Shown here piece by piece: positions 28,702 through 38,202 of a DNA stretch of 64,000 nt (positions within the stretch are counted from its first letter, which is position 1; every line of letters begins with the position of its first letter). Both the position numbers and the translations under genes were made by a program. This DNA comes from an uncultured Methanomassiliicoccales archaeon. GTDB lineage: Archaea > Thermoplasmatota > Thermoplasmata > RBG-16-68-12 > JAJISG01. The stretch covers positions 23,719 to 87,718 of the forward strand of contig CAYFYA010000008.1 of the NCBI GenBank assembly GCA_964347325.1. The letters are read 5' to 3'. Under the pieces are notes generated by a model that saw only the letters and a list, made by a program, of their open reading frames with translations, was not told the origin of the DNA and did no database searches.

Positions 28702-29778
28702 GTGGCGCTGATGAAGGTGGCCAGCATCGTCGGGGCTCGGCCGCAATTCGTCAAGGCGGCCATGGTCTCCAGGCTCCTGCGTCGCCGCCACAAGGAGTGT
28801 CTTATCCATACGGGTCAGCACTACGACGAGAATCTGAGCAAGGTCTTCTTTGAGGTTTTGGACATTCCAGAGCCGGACATCAACCTAGGCATTGGCTCGG
28901 CACCCCACGGGGCCCAAACGGGGAGAATGCTGGAGGCTGTGGAGGCAATCCTCATTGAGGAGGAGCCGGAGATGGTGCTGGTGTACGGCGACACCAACTC
29001 CACCCTCGCAGGAGCCCTCGCCGCCGCGAAGCTCTGTCAGAGAGTGGCTCACGTGGAGGCTGGTGTAAGAAGCTTCAACTGGACCATGCCAGAGGAGATC
29101 AATAGGCTACTGGCGGACAGGATCTCGAACCCCCTCTTCTGTCCTACGCAGAAGGCGGTGGAGAACCTCCACGGTGAGGGCATAACCGATGGGATCCATC
29201 TAGTGGGCGATGTCATGTACGACAGCGTTCTCCGCTACTCGCCGGCGGCGCGTTCGAGGCATGCCTGCGGACAGTACGGCCTAAGCGGAAAGGACTACGT
29301 TCTCCTGACAATCCATAGACCGGCGAATGCGGAGCAGCCTGATCGCTTGAAGACAATCCTCGATTCGATCGCCTCCACAGGAGTAAAGGCCCTTTTCCCG
29401 GCCCATCCAAGGACACGCAGGGTCCTAGAGACCTCTGGAATCTCCGGAGCGTTTGGCGATAGGATGATGATTGTGGACCCTGTTGATTATCTCACGTTCC
29501 TTTCGCTCCTCATAGACTCGGAGAAGGTCATCACGGATAGCGGCGGGGTGCAGAAGGAGGCCTACGTCTTGGAAGTCCCGTGCATAACACTGAGGGAGGA
29601 GACCGAATGGGTGGAGACACTCGATGACGGCTGGAATACGATCGTGGGTGCCGACCCTAAGAGGATTGTCAAGGCCATAAGAAGCTCCCCCGTGGGCCGT
29701 CCTCGACCGGAAGTTTACGGTGACGGGCAGGCCGCCAATAAGGTGGTCGGAGTTGTGGAGCAGGCTCTGAACGGTTAG
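28702..29778 (+). CDS. wecB: UDP-N-acetylglucosamine (or UDP-GlcNAc3NAcA) 2-epimerase, non-hydrolysing (WecB/WbpI family)
   Basis: 'ARPQFVKAAMV', 'HTGQHYD', 'VLVYGDTNSTLAGALAAAKL' and 'HVEAGVRSFN'. Confidence 0.85.
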   Translation: MALMKVASIVGARPQFVKAAMVSRLLRRRHKECLIHTGQHYDENLSKVFFEVLDIPEPDINLGIGSAPHGAQTGRMLEAVEAILIEEEPEMVLVYGDTNSTLAGALAAAKLCQRVAHVEAGVRSFNWTMPEEINRLLADRISNPLFCPTQKAVENLHGEGITDGIHLVGDVMYDSVLRYSPAARSRHACGQYGLSGKDYVLLTIHRPANAEQPDRLKTILDSIASTGVKALFPAHPRTRRVLETSGISGAFGDRMMIVDPVDYLTFLSLLIDSEKVITDSGGVQKEAYVLEVPCITLREETEWVETLDDGWNTIVGADPKRIVKAIRSSPVGRPRPEVYGDGQAANKVVGVVEQALNG

Positions 29779-29812
29779 AACCAACATCGGACTCCGCCGC
29801 GCCCTCTATCGC

Positions 29813-30946
29813 CTAAGCGAGACCAAGACGTTTGTAGATTCCGAGGAGTCTCTCTTCCTGGGCCCCCCAGTTGAACTCCTCGAGGGCGCGCTGCAAAGCC
29901 CTCTTTCCGAGTGTCTCACGGAGACCTGGGTCATCCCGCAATCTGATGAGACCGTCCCGAACACCGTCCAGGGAATGCTCCACAGCGAATCCAACTCCAT
30001 GTTTCTCAGTGAACTCAGCCAGATAAGTGTCCTTCGACACCAGAATGGGACGCCCGCACGCCATGGCCTCGAAGAGCTTGTTTCCCACCCCGATGGAGTT
30101 GTTCCTGTCCCGTGGATCGGTAAGACACACGACCGCGTCGGCCGCGAGGGTCATTGGAAGCACGTCTCTCTGGGCCACTTTCCCGACGAACTCTGCGTTG
30201 GGGACGATCCAGCACGCCTTCCGGACCGCCTCGAGGTAGTGGTCCTTCCCGAAGCCTGCCACGACTAGCCTCACCCCCTCAAGTACGTCCACAGCCTCGA
30301 TGAGCTCCAGGATGAATCTAGCGCGATTCAGCGTCCCGATGTAGACAAGCGTGAGGACGTCGTTTTTCGGCGGGGTGTATTCCCTAACCATGGGGGGCTT
30401 GGCGTTTAGTACGAGGCTCACGGGTGCAGAGGTGAGCTCCTCGAAGTACTCCTTGATCGGTTCGCTGACAGTTATCACCGCATCGACGTCCTTGACGAGG
30501 CGCTTCTCCTTCCGAAGGAAGTGGCTGGCGATGACGCCGGGCACGTCTCTCCCCACCATGTAGCCCCAGATTTCGTGGGCGTCGTAGAGGAGGGGCATCC
30601 CCGCACCACGCTTCAGCCAAACTCCCGTGGGAAGGGTGTCCAGGTCATGGCAGTGGACCACTGAGAAGGACGAGTCTCGATGGAGCTCCATCGCGCGGGC
30701 GTAGGCGAGGCGCCACCAAGGCCTAAGGCGGAGGAGGTCTCGGCGGAGGAACCGCATGTAGGGCGTGTTGCGCAGTCGAACGATGCTCACGCCATCGGTC
30801 TCCTCACGGGGAAATTGGGAGAGACGGTCCCACGCGATGATGGTGACATCATACCCGTGCCGAGAGAGGCTCTGAGCCTCGATGGTCACTCGAGGATCGT
30901 GGGTCACGGGATTGGCGACTATCATCAAGACTGAATCGTCGACCAC
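29813..30946 (-). CDS. Family 4 glycosyltransferase
   Basis: GT-B C-terminal domain with 'EAMACGRPILVS'. Confidence 0.8.
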   Translation of the reverse strand: MVDDSVLMIVANPVTHDPRVTIEAQSLSRHGYDVTIIAWDRLSQFPREETDGVSIVRLRNTPYMRFLRRDLLRLRPWWRLAYARAMELHRDSSFSVVHCHDLDTLPTGVWLKRGAGMPLLYDAHEIWGYMVGRDVPGVIASHFLRKEKRLVKDVDAVITVSEPIKEYFEELTSAPVSLVLNAKPPMVREYTPPKNDVLTLVYIGTLNRARFILELIEAVDVLEGVRLVVAGFGKDHYLEAVRKACWIVPNAEFVGKVAQRDVLPMTLAADAVVCLTDPRDRNNSIGVGNKLFEAMACGRPILVSKDTYLAEFTEKHGVGFAVEHSLDGVRDGLIRLRDDPGLRETLGKRALQRALEEFNWGAQEERLLGIYKRLGLA

Positions 30947-31057
30947 TAGCTCACCAGTCGGGACTCGGAAGCATCACCCGGGACCAATGTAACGTTATCG
31001 CTGCGCTCCGAGCCTCTCGGAATCTCTTTAAGGCGAGGGCAGCTTTCGTGAGACTCG

Positions 31058-31597
31058 ATGGGTATTTACATACACAAGACGGCCGAAGTCTCCGACGAGG
31101 CGGAGGTCGGAGACGGGACCTTTGTGTGGCACCAGGCCCAGATTCGCGAGAGGGCGAAAGTCGGTCGTAACTGCAGGCTCGGCAAAGGGGTCTACATCGA
31201 CAAGAACGTCGTCGTGGGAGATGACTGCAAAATCCAGAACGGGGCGACAGTGTATGACGGAGTAACCCTGGAGGACGAGGTATTCGTCGGTCCTCACGCC
31301 GTGTTCACCAACGACCTGCGCCCCAGGGCCAGACCCGATGAATGGGAGATCGTGCCCACCCTCGTGAAGAGGGGAGCATCCATTGGGGCCAACGCGACCA
31401 TTCTCTGTGGCGTCACCATCGGGTCGTACGCGGTCGTGGGGGCTGGCGCCGTCGTCACCCGCGATGTCCCCGCCTACGCCGTCGTCTACGGGGTTCCCGC
31501 CAAGCTGCGGGGCTATGCATGTGACTGCGGGAGGCCCCTGGACGAGAACATGTACTGCTCTCATTGTCAGAAGGAAGTCCTCGTAGAAGGTGTGTAG
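31058..31597 (+). CDS. Hexapeptide-repeat sugar N-acetyltransferase (WbpD/WlbB-like) with a C-terminal Cys4 tail
   Basis: Left-handed beta-helix repeats 'VGDGTFVWHQAQI..VGRNCRLGKGVYI..VGDDCKIQNGATV'. C-terminal 'CDCGRPLDENMYCSHC'. Confidence 0.8.
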   Translation: MGIYIHKTAEVSDEAEVGDGTFVWHQAQIRERAKVGRNCRLGKGVYIDKNVVVGDDCKIQNGATVYDGVTLEDEVFVGPHAVFTNDLRPRARPDEWEIVPTLVKRGASIGANATILCGVTIGSYAVVGAGAVVTRDVPAYAVVYGVPAKLRGYACDCGRPLDENMYCSHCQKEVLVEGV

Positions 31598-32690
31598 CCT
31601 GATCCCCATCGCGAGGCCCGTCTTGGAGGAGGAAGAGAAGAATGCCGTCCTCCGAGTCCTCGAGTCGGGTCACCTCGTACAGGGAGCGAAGGTGGAGGAG
31701 TTCGAGGCACTCTTCTCTGACTTTGTCGGGACAAAGGGCGCAGTGGCGACGAACTCCGGGACGTCAGCCATCCACACCGCCCTCACTGCCTTGGGTGTAG
31801 GACCAGGGGACGAGGTGATACTGCCCGCTATCACATTCTTCTCGTGCGCCGCAATGGTGGCGGCCTGCGGGGCCACCCCCGTCGTGGTGGATGTGGAACG
31901 GGAGGACTACACGATGAGTCCCGCGGAGGCGGCGGTGGCCGTGAACCCGGCCACCAAGGCTCTGATGCCAGTCCACATCTACGGACAGCCAGCGGATATG
32001 GGGGCGATCCTGGACCTGGCGAGCGATCACGACATCGCCGTCTTGGAAGATGGTTGCCAGTCCCATGGAGCGCGGTACGAGGACTCGATGGTGGGGTCCA
32101 TGGGGAGCGTCGGCTGCTTCAGCTTCTACCCGTCAAAGATCATGACCACGGGGGAGGGCGGGATGCTGGTCACGAACGATGAAGAGGTGGCGGAACACTC
32201 CCGGATGTTTCGCAATCATGGTGCCCGCGCGAAGTACAGCCACGAGATTCTCGGCTTCAACTACAGAATGACGGACCTGGCGGCCGCCCTGGGCATCGAA
32301 CAGCTTCGGAGGGTCGATAACTTTATCGATGCGAGGACCCGCAATGCAGCCCTCTTGAGCAACGGCCTCGCAGGTATCGACGGACTCACCCCGCCGGAGG
32401 TCCAGGTGGGTCGAACCCACGTTTTCTACCAGTACGTTATCCGCGTGACGGAGGAATACCCGCTGGGGAGGGATGAGGTGATGGCTCGTCTTGGGCAGAA
32501 GGGGGTGGAGAGCCGCCCCTCCTACCCGATGCCCATCCACCGGCAGAGAGCTTTCGAGGGCGTGGGCCGGGCCGCGGATTGTCCCGTCGCAGAGGCGGTC
32601 CTACCGCAGATGCTGGAAATTCCGGTCCATCCCAGCCTGACGTCGGAGGACCTGGAGACCATCGTGGAGGCAATCTCTAGCCTCTCGTAG
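31590..32690 (+). CDS. DegT/DnrJ/EryC1-family PLP-dependent sugar aminotransferase (WbpE-like)
   Basis: Family-typical N-terminus 'PIARPVLEEEEKNAVLRVLESGHLVQG'. Four-base overlap with the upstream acetyltransferase gene. Confidence 0.85.
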   Translation: MCSLIPIARPVLEEEEKNAVLRVLESGHLVQGAKVEEFEALFSDFVGTKGAVATNSGTSAIHTALTALGVGPGDEVILPAITFFSCAAMVAACGATPVVVDVEREDYTMSPAEAAVAVNPATKALMPVHIYGQPADMGAILDLASDHDIAVLEDGCQSHGARYEDSMVGSMGSVGCFSFYPSKIMTTGEGGMLVTNDEEVAEHSRMFRNHGARAKYSHEILGFNYRMTDLAAALGIEQLRRVDNFIDARTRNAALLSNGLAGIDGLTPPEVQVGRTHVFYQYVIRVTEEYPLGRDEVMARLGQKGVESRPSYPMPIHRQRAFEGVGRAADCPVAEAVLPQMLEIPVHPSLTSEDLETIVEAISSLS

Positions 32691-32730
32691 TCCTGCGAAG
32701 CCTTTATCGCTGGCTCGCCCATCGGCGAGG

Positions 32731-33750
32731 TTGTTGACGCGAGTTGGGGTCATAGGCACGGGATCTATGGGCCAGAACCACGCCCGCGTCTACTCCGAGT
32801 TGGCGGAACTTGCGGGAGTGTGTGACTCGGACCCGGCCGTCGGTGAACCCACAGCGAAGAGATTCGGCGCCACCTTCTTCCAGGACTTCGAGAAGCTGCT
32901 GAGACTCGACCTGACGGCTGTCAGCATCGCCACACCGACGACTCTCCACTTCGACATGGCGAAGGCGGCCCTCGAGGGGGGTGTCCACGTCCTCCTGGAG
33001 AAGCCGTTCACAGGCGATGTTGGAAAGGCAAGGACCCTGGCGGAGATAGCGGCGGACCAAGGGCTCGTGCTCGCCGCGGGGATGGTCGAACGGCACAACC
33101 CCTGCGTGGAGTTCGCCCACGAGGCTCTTCGGGAGGGGCGATTCGGGAAGCTCATAACTGTCTCCTCCAGGCGAGTGAGCGCCTTCCCAACCCGCATTCG
33201 CGACGTGGGCGTGATGATGGACCTCGGGATTCACGACGTGGATGTAATGCGGTACCTCGTCGGCGATGAGGTGGTGGGGGTCTACAGTGTGGGAGGCAGG
33301 GAGCGCCACGAGTCATACGAGGATTATGCCACAGCCCTCCTCACGTTCCGTAATGGTGTCAGCGGCGTGGTCGAAGTCAACTGGCTGACCCCCATGAAGG
33401 TCAGGAAACTCTCCCTCACGTGCCTCAAGAACTTCGTCGAGCTGGACTACATCAATCAGACGGTGGATATATCCTCTTCCAGGCTCATGAAGTACGACCC
33501 CTCGGACCTGTATCAGGCACCCTTCGAGTACGACGTACGGCAGGTTGCACTCGAGAAGCAGGAGCCTTTGAGGAGGGAGATCATGGACTTCCTGGGAGCC
33601 GTCGAGGGACGTCACAGCCCCCTTGTTGATGGGACGGAGGCCGCCCTGAATCTCACTGTTGTTGACGCGATCGTGGAGTCCCGGGCCAAGGGAGTGCCTG
33701 TGGAGATCTCTCAGGCGGGGCCCGGCCTCCCTAGGCCGAAGAATCGATAG
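32731..33750 (+). CDS. Gfo/Idh/MocA-family oxidoreductase (WbpB-like UDP-GlcNAcA 3-dehydrogenase)
   Basis: 'RVGVIGTGSMGQNHARVY' NAD-binding N-terminus. Confidence 0.8.
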   Translation: MLTRVGVIGTGSMGQNHARVYSELAELAGVCDSDPAVGEPTAKRFGATFFQDFEKLLRLDLTAVSIATPTTLHFDMAKAALEGGVHVLLEKPFTGDVGKARTLAEIAADQGLVLAAGMVERHNPCVEFAHEALREGRFGKLITVSSRRVSAFPTRIRDVGVMMDLGIHDVDVMRYLVGDEVVGVYSVGGRERHESYEDYATALLTFRNGVSGVVEVNWLTPMKVRKLSLTCLKNFVELDYINQTVDISSSRLMKYDPSDLYQAPFEYDVRQVALEKQEPLRREIMDFLGAVEGRHSPLVDGTEAALNLTVVDAIVESRAKGVPVEISQAGPGLPRPKNR

Positions 33751-35003
33751 CCCCTCCCCTCCAACGCCTCTCGTGGGGCAACTCCCCGGCAGTCCACTAG
33801 GGCGCGACGATTCATTCTCGTCGCCAATGCCTCCCAGTCGATTTCGCGATAGTCGTCGTGAGCCGTCACCAGAACGACGCAATCCGCCCCTTCAGCAGCT
33901 TCTTCGAGGTCCTGCCACAAGTCGACACCCTCGATCGCCACCACGTGGGGGTCGTGGAGGCGCACCGTAGCACCAAGCGACTCAAGGTCTCGATGCAGCC
34001 TCACTCCGGGGGAGTTTTTGGTCTCGGCGACGTTCTCCTTATAGGCACCTCCCAGCAACAGAATCCGCGCGCCCTTCAATCCCTCACCACCAACGGCCTG
34101 AGTGACGAGGCGCGTGACGTGGTCGAGCATCCCATCATTCACCTCCCTGGCTGCAAGCATCAATCGAGCTTCATCTCCCACGGATGAAGCCAGGAGCCAG
34201 GTATCCTTCGGGATGCAGTGTCCCCCAACGCCGGGTCCTGGCATCAGCATGGACCTTCCTGGACAGGTGTTGACGAGCTGCCGCACCTCCAGCACATCAG
34301 CTCCCGCATGTTCACAGATGAGGGCCACCTCGTTGGCGAAGGCGAGCTCGACATCTCGATAGGCGTTTTCGACCGTCTTGGAAAGCTCGGCATGAAGCCA
34401 GTCTGTCTCGTGGAGGCGGCCCGTGCAGATGTCGCCATACAGCTCGATGGCACGACGCCTACTCTCCTCATCCTCACCACCGATGGCCCTGTCAAGGGTG
34501 GTCAGGTTCTGGAGGAGCCTTCCAGCTGTCACCCTCTCGGGGCAGTGAACGAGGTGGAAGTCCTCATGGACCCTGAGTCCGGAGCGTTCTTCGAGAAGAG
34601 GGCACACCAAGTTCCTCATCGTTCCGGGAACCAGGGTCGACTCAACGGAGACGAGTACACCCTTTCTCATGTGGATCGTAACGGTCTCGAGGGCAGATCT
34701 CAGGGCTGAGAAGTCAGGCTCGTGGGTGGCAGGGTCCACGGGAGTGTCGACGGCGACGATGATGGCATCGACGTCCTCCGACGCCTCGAGCGACTCGGTG
34801 GCCTTCAGCCTGCCCTTTGCGACTACATCCGCGATCATTGCCTCCAAACCGGGTTCCCTCGTGGGGAAGGGGCTGTTGCCGCCGTTGAGGGTCTCGACCC
34901 TTCCTGGGTCTATGTCAACCCCGACTACGGTGTGGCCCGCATTGGCCAACGAAGCCGCGACGGGAACGCCTACGTATCCCAGCCCGACGACCAGGATCTT
35001 CAT
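33711..35003 (-). CDS. UDP-N-acetyl-D-glucosamine/mannosamine 6-dehydrogenase (WbpA/WecC family)
   Basis: 'MKILVVGLGYVGVPVAASLA' and catalytic Cys 'GGHCIPKDTWLL'. Confidence 0.85.
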   Translation of the reverse strand: MKILVVGLGYVGVPVAASLANAGHTVVGVDIDPGRVETLNGGNSPFPTREPGLEAMIADVVAKGRLKATESLEASEDVDAIIVAVDTPVDPATHEPDFSALRSALETVTIHMRKGVLVSVESTLVPGTMRNLVCPLLEERSGLRVHEDFHLVHCPERVTAGRLLQNLTTLDRAIGGEDEESRRRAIELYGDICTGRLHETDWLHAELSKTVENAYRDVELAFANEVALICEHAGADVLEVRQLVNTCPGRSMLMPGPGVGGHCIPKDTWLLASSVGDEARLMLAAREVNDGMLDHVTRLVTQAVGGEGLKGARILLLGGAYKENVAETKNSPGVRLHRDLESLGATVRLHDPHVVAIEGVDLWQDLEEAAEGADCVVLVTAHDDYREIDWEALATRMNRRALVDCRGVAPREALEGRGYRFFGLGRPGPA

Positions 35004-35075
35004 GGCTGAATCGATGAGAGATAGCGCCTATAAACCTTGTCAGATGCATCGGGCGCGCCCTTGACCCGTTAGTAG

Positions 35076-35750
35076 TCACTTCTCGGCGAGAACGATGAGG
35101 TCCGTCGCGAGCGTCGGGAACCTCGAGAAGACGGCTCGATCCAGATACGTGACCGCTCGAAAACCGTAGTCGCCCAAGGAGGCCCCTTCGCGTCTCTTCA
35201 CTCGAAATCCGTTTGAGGTCAACAGCTCAAGGAGGGCGCGGGGCGTGAAGAGCTTCACGTGTCCAAAGGGACGTTCCTTCCTCCTCACGCCCAGCAAGGA
35301 GCCGACTGCGAACTCCAATGAGGGCTCCATGTGGACGGGCTGATAGCCCATTGGGAGTAGGAGGCGATTCATCCAGCTGGCCAGATTGGGGGTAGAGAGG
35401 ATGAGGTGACCCCCTCTCTTGAGGACGCGGTAGCTATTCCTGATGAGGTTGTCACCGTTGACCAGATGTTCCACAACCTCTACGGCGCTCACGAGGTCGA
35501 AGTGGTCGTCATCGAACGGGAGATCCTCCGCTCCCAGATCCAACCGTATCCCGCGAATCCCCGTCGGCAACCTGGCGAGATGCGTGTCCGAAATGTCGAC
35601 ACAGTAGACCTCCTCGCTTCCCACCACGGATGAGATCCGGGCGGCAAGCTGACCATCTCGCCCCCCCAGGTCTATGTAGCGGGGGGCGGAAATGGCAGCA
35701 TCTGAAAGGACACCCACGACCCTCTCGTGAACGCTTCCCGGCACGCCCAA
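35076..35750 (-). CDS. Class I SAM-dependent methyltransferase
   Basis: 'YIDLGGRDGQLAARI' (motif I) and 'FDLVSAVEVVEHL'. Confidence 0.75.
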   Translation of the reverse strand: MGVPGSVHERVVGVLSDAAISAPRYIDLGGRDGQLAARISSVVGSEEVYCVDISDTHLARLPTGIRGIRLDLGAEDLPFDDDHFDLVSAVEVVEHLVNGDNLIRNSYRVLKRGGHLILSTPNLASWMNRLLLPMGYQPVHMEPSLEFAVGSLLGVRRKERPFGHVKLFTPRALLELLTSNGFRVKRREGASLGDYGFRAVTYLDRAVFSRFPTLATDLIVLAEK

Positions 35751-35910
35751 GCCCTATCCCCTCTCTGGGTGCCTTTCCATCATGAGCCCTTATGGGTCTC
35801 GCTGTGGAAGGCGGAGTTCAGTTGCGGCCACTGCGCAATGTCCTGGTGTATCGTCGCCCCCCCCAATATTCTTCCGTTCTCCTGCGGGTGTTGGAACGAA
35901 ACACCTCCCC

Positions 35911-36399
35911 TCAGAGGCTGATCGAGCGCAGAAACTGGAAGTCACTTTCGATGAGTGAAGTGAATGTGGTCTCCAGATTGTGGGGCGACTGGCCCTGATA
36001 GACGATGGAGTAGAGGGGGATATCGAGGTGCTCCCTCAGGGCGGCGACGCGTCGACAGTTCTCGGGATAGTCGTCGACGAACAGTACTGCGGGAGGTATG
36101 ATCCCGCGCTCCTTCAACTTCCATAGCGCATGCCGGACCTGATAGTCTCTGGGCCGATAGTCGGCGAAGACCCCCTGAAAGTACCCCGTGAGCTGGAACC
36201 CTTCGAGAAGTCCATGGACCACATGAGGGGGGTTTCGGCTGCAGAGGAACGGCAAGACCCCACGGCGGATCAGCTGCCTCAGCATGACGGGGATCTTATC
36301 CTCAGTCAACTCCCGGGGCGGGTCGCTGGTCACAACGGTGTCCTCGAGGTCCAACACGATGAGCAAGTCGCGCAGACTCGCGGGGCCTTCGTTAGACAT
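35911..36399 (-). CDS. Putative HAD-like hydrolase/phosphatase
   Basis: 'LIVLDLEDTVV' and 'VLFVDDYPEN' resemble HAD motifs I and IV. The match is weak. Confidence 0.35.
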   Translation of the reverse strand: MSNEGPASLRDLLIVLDLEDTVVTSDPPRELTEDKIPVMLRQLIRRGVLPFLCSRNPPHVVHGLLEGFQLTGYFQGVFADYRPRDYQVRHALWKLKERGIIPPAVLFVDDYPENCRRVAALREHLDIPLYSIVYQGQSPHNLETTFTSLIESDFQFLRSISL

Positions 36400-36410
36400 G
36401 GTGCATCATT

Positions 36411-37510
36411 CTACGCAGCGCTGTCTTCCAGTGGGAAGATGCGTCCCTCGTGCTCAAAAAGCTCGAAGTAGACCCGTTCAAGGCGGAGGTCGTATAGAAT
36501 CCGCGGCCGGAAGTTGAAGTCGAACTTCCTCAAGGCCATGTCCAGGATCAGCTCCGGTATGTTGACGCCTGCGCCGACCGAAATGACGGTCGTTCCCTGG
36601 AGCCTGGGGTTTATCTCGATGGGGTAGTAGGTCCCAGGGTTGGTGGAGGACTGACGGAACTGGAGGCCCACCGAGTACGAAAATCCGAAGGCCTCGATTA
36701 CCTTCCTGACATAATCTGCCGTAGAGTCCGATAGCTGCTCCACGACGCCCGTCACCGTGATGCCCCCCACCATCCTCTCCCTTCGCCGGGCGACGATGGC
36801 GAAGGTCCTCCCCTTGTAGCTGAGCACGTCGAGGGTGTACTCCGGCTCACCCAAGAACTCCATTACGAGCATTTCCGGGAACTCCTCTCCTAGCACGGCA
36901 AGGAGGTCGTCCGCAGTCATGTACGTGGAGGTGGGCTTCTCTTCGAAGAAGAGCCTCCGTCGGTCGACCTTGGAGTCGAGGACCCTGAAGCCGCGGCTCC
37001 CGCTGGCGTGGGCGGGCTTCACCACGACGGGCACCTCAGGATATCCGAGTTCCTCCACGGCCTCCTCGACCTGGGACCTAGTGGTTGCCACCCTATACTC
37101 GGGTACAGGCAGTCCCGCCACCTCTCTTAGGTACTCCAGCATCCTCAGCTTGTTGATGGCCGTCTCCATCAGGTCAGCATCGGGAGTCACGACGGCGGCC
37201 ACGGTCCCCGCCTCCTCGAACTCCCGCAGATGACGGCAGATGGGAACCTGGTCGTCCGTCCGGATTGGCAGGATAACGTCCACCTTCTCCTTCTGGCAGA
37301 CCTTCACTAGCTCGCTTGCGAACTCAGGACTCCTGTTGTCGGGGAGGGTGTAGGACTCGTCGGCATAGTAGGGGCCCTTCAGGTTCTCCTTCCAATCGGT
37401 GCCTACGATCTTCAGACGGTACTTGTCGCTGAGCCGCAAGGAGCGGACTATGCTGGAGAACCCTGGGGCGTCCGACCCCGTCACGAGGACCGTTAGTTCT
37501 CGCGGCACAC
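36411..37510 (-). CDS. ATP-grasp family carboxylate-amine ligase (the listed ORF is extended at its 5' end; probable GTG start near 37510)
   Basis: 'VVVKPAHASGSRGFRVL', 'LVMEFLGEPEYTLDVL' and 'YPIEINPRLQGTTVIS' match ATP-grasp nucleotide-binding motifs. Confidence 0.7.
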
Positions 37511-38152
37511 TCACGGCCAGACCCACCTTATGACCTCGAAGGCCTCGGCGTACTCGACTTGAATCTGGGTCCCACGCGTTACTGCCAGGGACCTGATGAA
37601 CTCCGGCTTTAGGTAGGGATGGTGGCGCTGGGACTTGTAACACGAGAGGGCCTCGACCTTCTTCTGCACGTGCTTGTCCTCCAAGATGGTGAAGCAGTTC
37701 GTGGGGAACGAGATGTTGTTCCAGGGCAGCTCATACCCCAGAAGGCACGTAGTCTTGAAGGCCCTCACGCCCTCGTTGTTCAAAACCTGGTGGTCCTGAT
37801 GGACGTCCTGAGTGGAAGGCAGGAACACGAGATCTGGGTGGAGATCCTTCTTGAGCTTTACCAGGCTCTCCAAGATCTCCTGACGGTGATAGGAGAATGT
37901 CCGCACCTCGTGGGGGAGAACGTGAACACGCTCTTGGGGCACCTGCAGGACGTCCATGGCATTCCGTAGCTCCCTCTCGAGGGTGTCGGCCGGGAGATCA
38001 GCGGGGAGGGACTTGGCGGCGTTGGAGAAGGCGTGATAGTAGACCTCGACACCCCTCTCCACCAGGCGGGCGATGGTCCCGCCGAGTCCCAGTTCACCGT
38101 CGTCAGTGTGGGGTGACAGCACCAGGACGTGCTCGAATCTCTCAACAGTCAT
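37511..38152 (-). CDS. PIG-L/LmbE-family N-acetylglucosaminyl deacetylase
   Basis: 'LVLSPHTDDGELGLGGTIARL' matches the PIG-L zinc-binding motif. Confidence 0.8.
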   Translation of the reverse strand: MTVERFEHVLVLSPHTDDGELGLGGTIARLVERGVEVYYHAFSNAAKSLPADLPADTLERELRNAMDVLQVPQERVHVLPHEVRTFSYHRQEILESLVKLKKDLHPDLVFLPSTQDVHQDHQVLNNEGVRAFKTTCLLGYELPWNNISFPTNCFTILEDKHVQKKVEALSCYKSQRHHPYLKPEFIRSLAVTRGTQIQVEYAEAFEVIRWVWP

Positions 38153-38202
38153 CCTTCACACCTCTCGGGCCTCACATTATACCCCACATAAACATTTCTG
38201 TG

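Noticed and set aside
28441-28853. Plus-strand ORFs in the 28.47-28.70 kb gap upstream of wecB (28441-28686, 28496-28711, 28512-28853)
   Set aside because: They are overlapping low-complexity ORFs with no RBS or motifs. The region is more likely the promoter/leader of the divergent GT-MTase and wecB genes.
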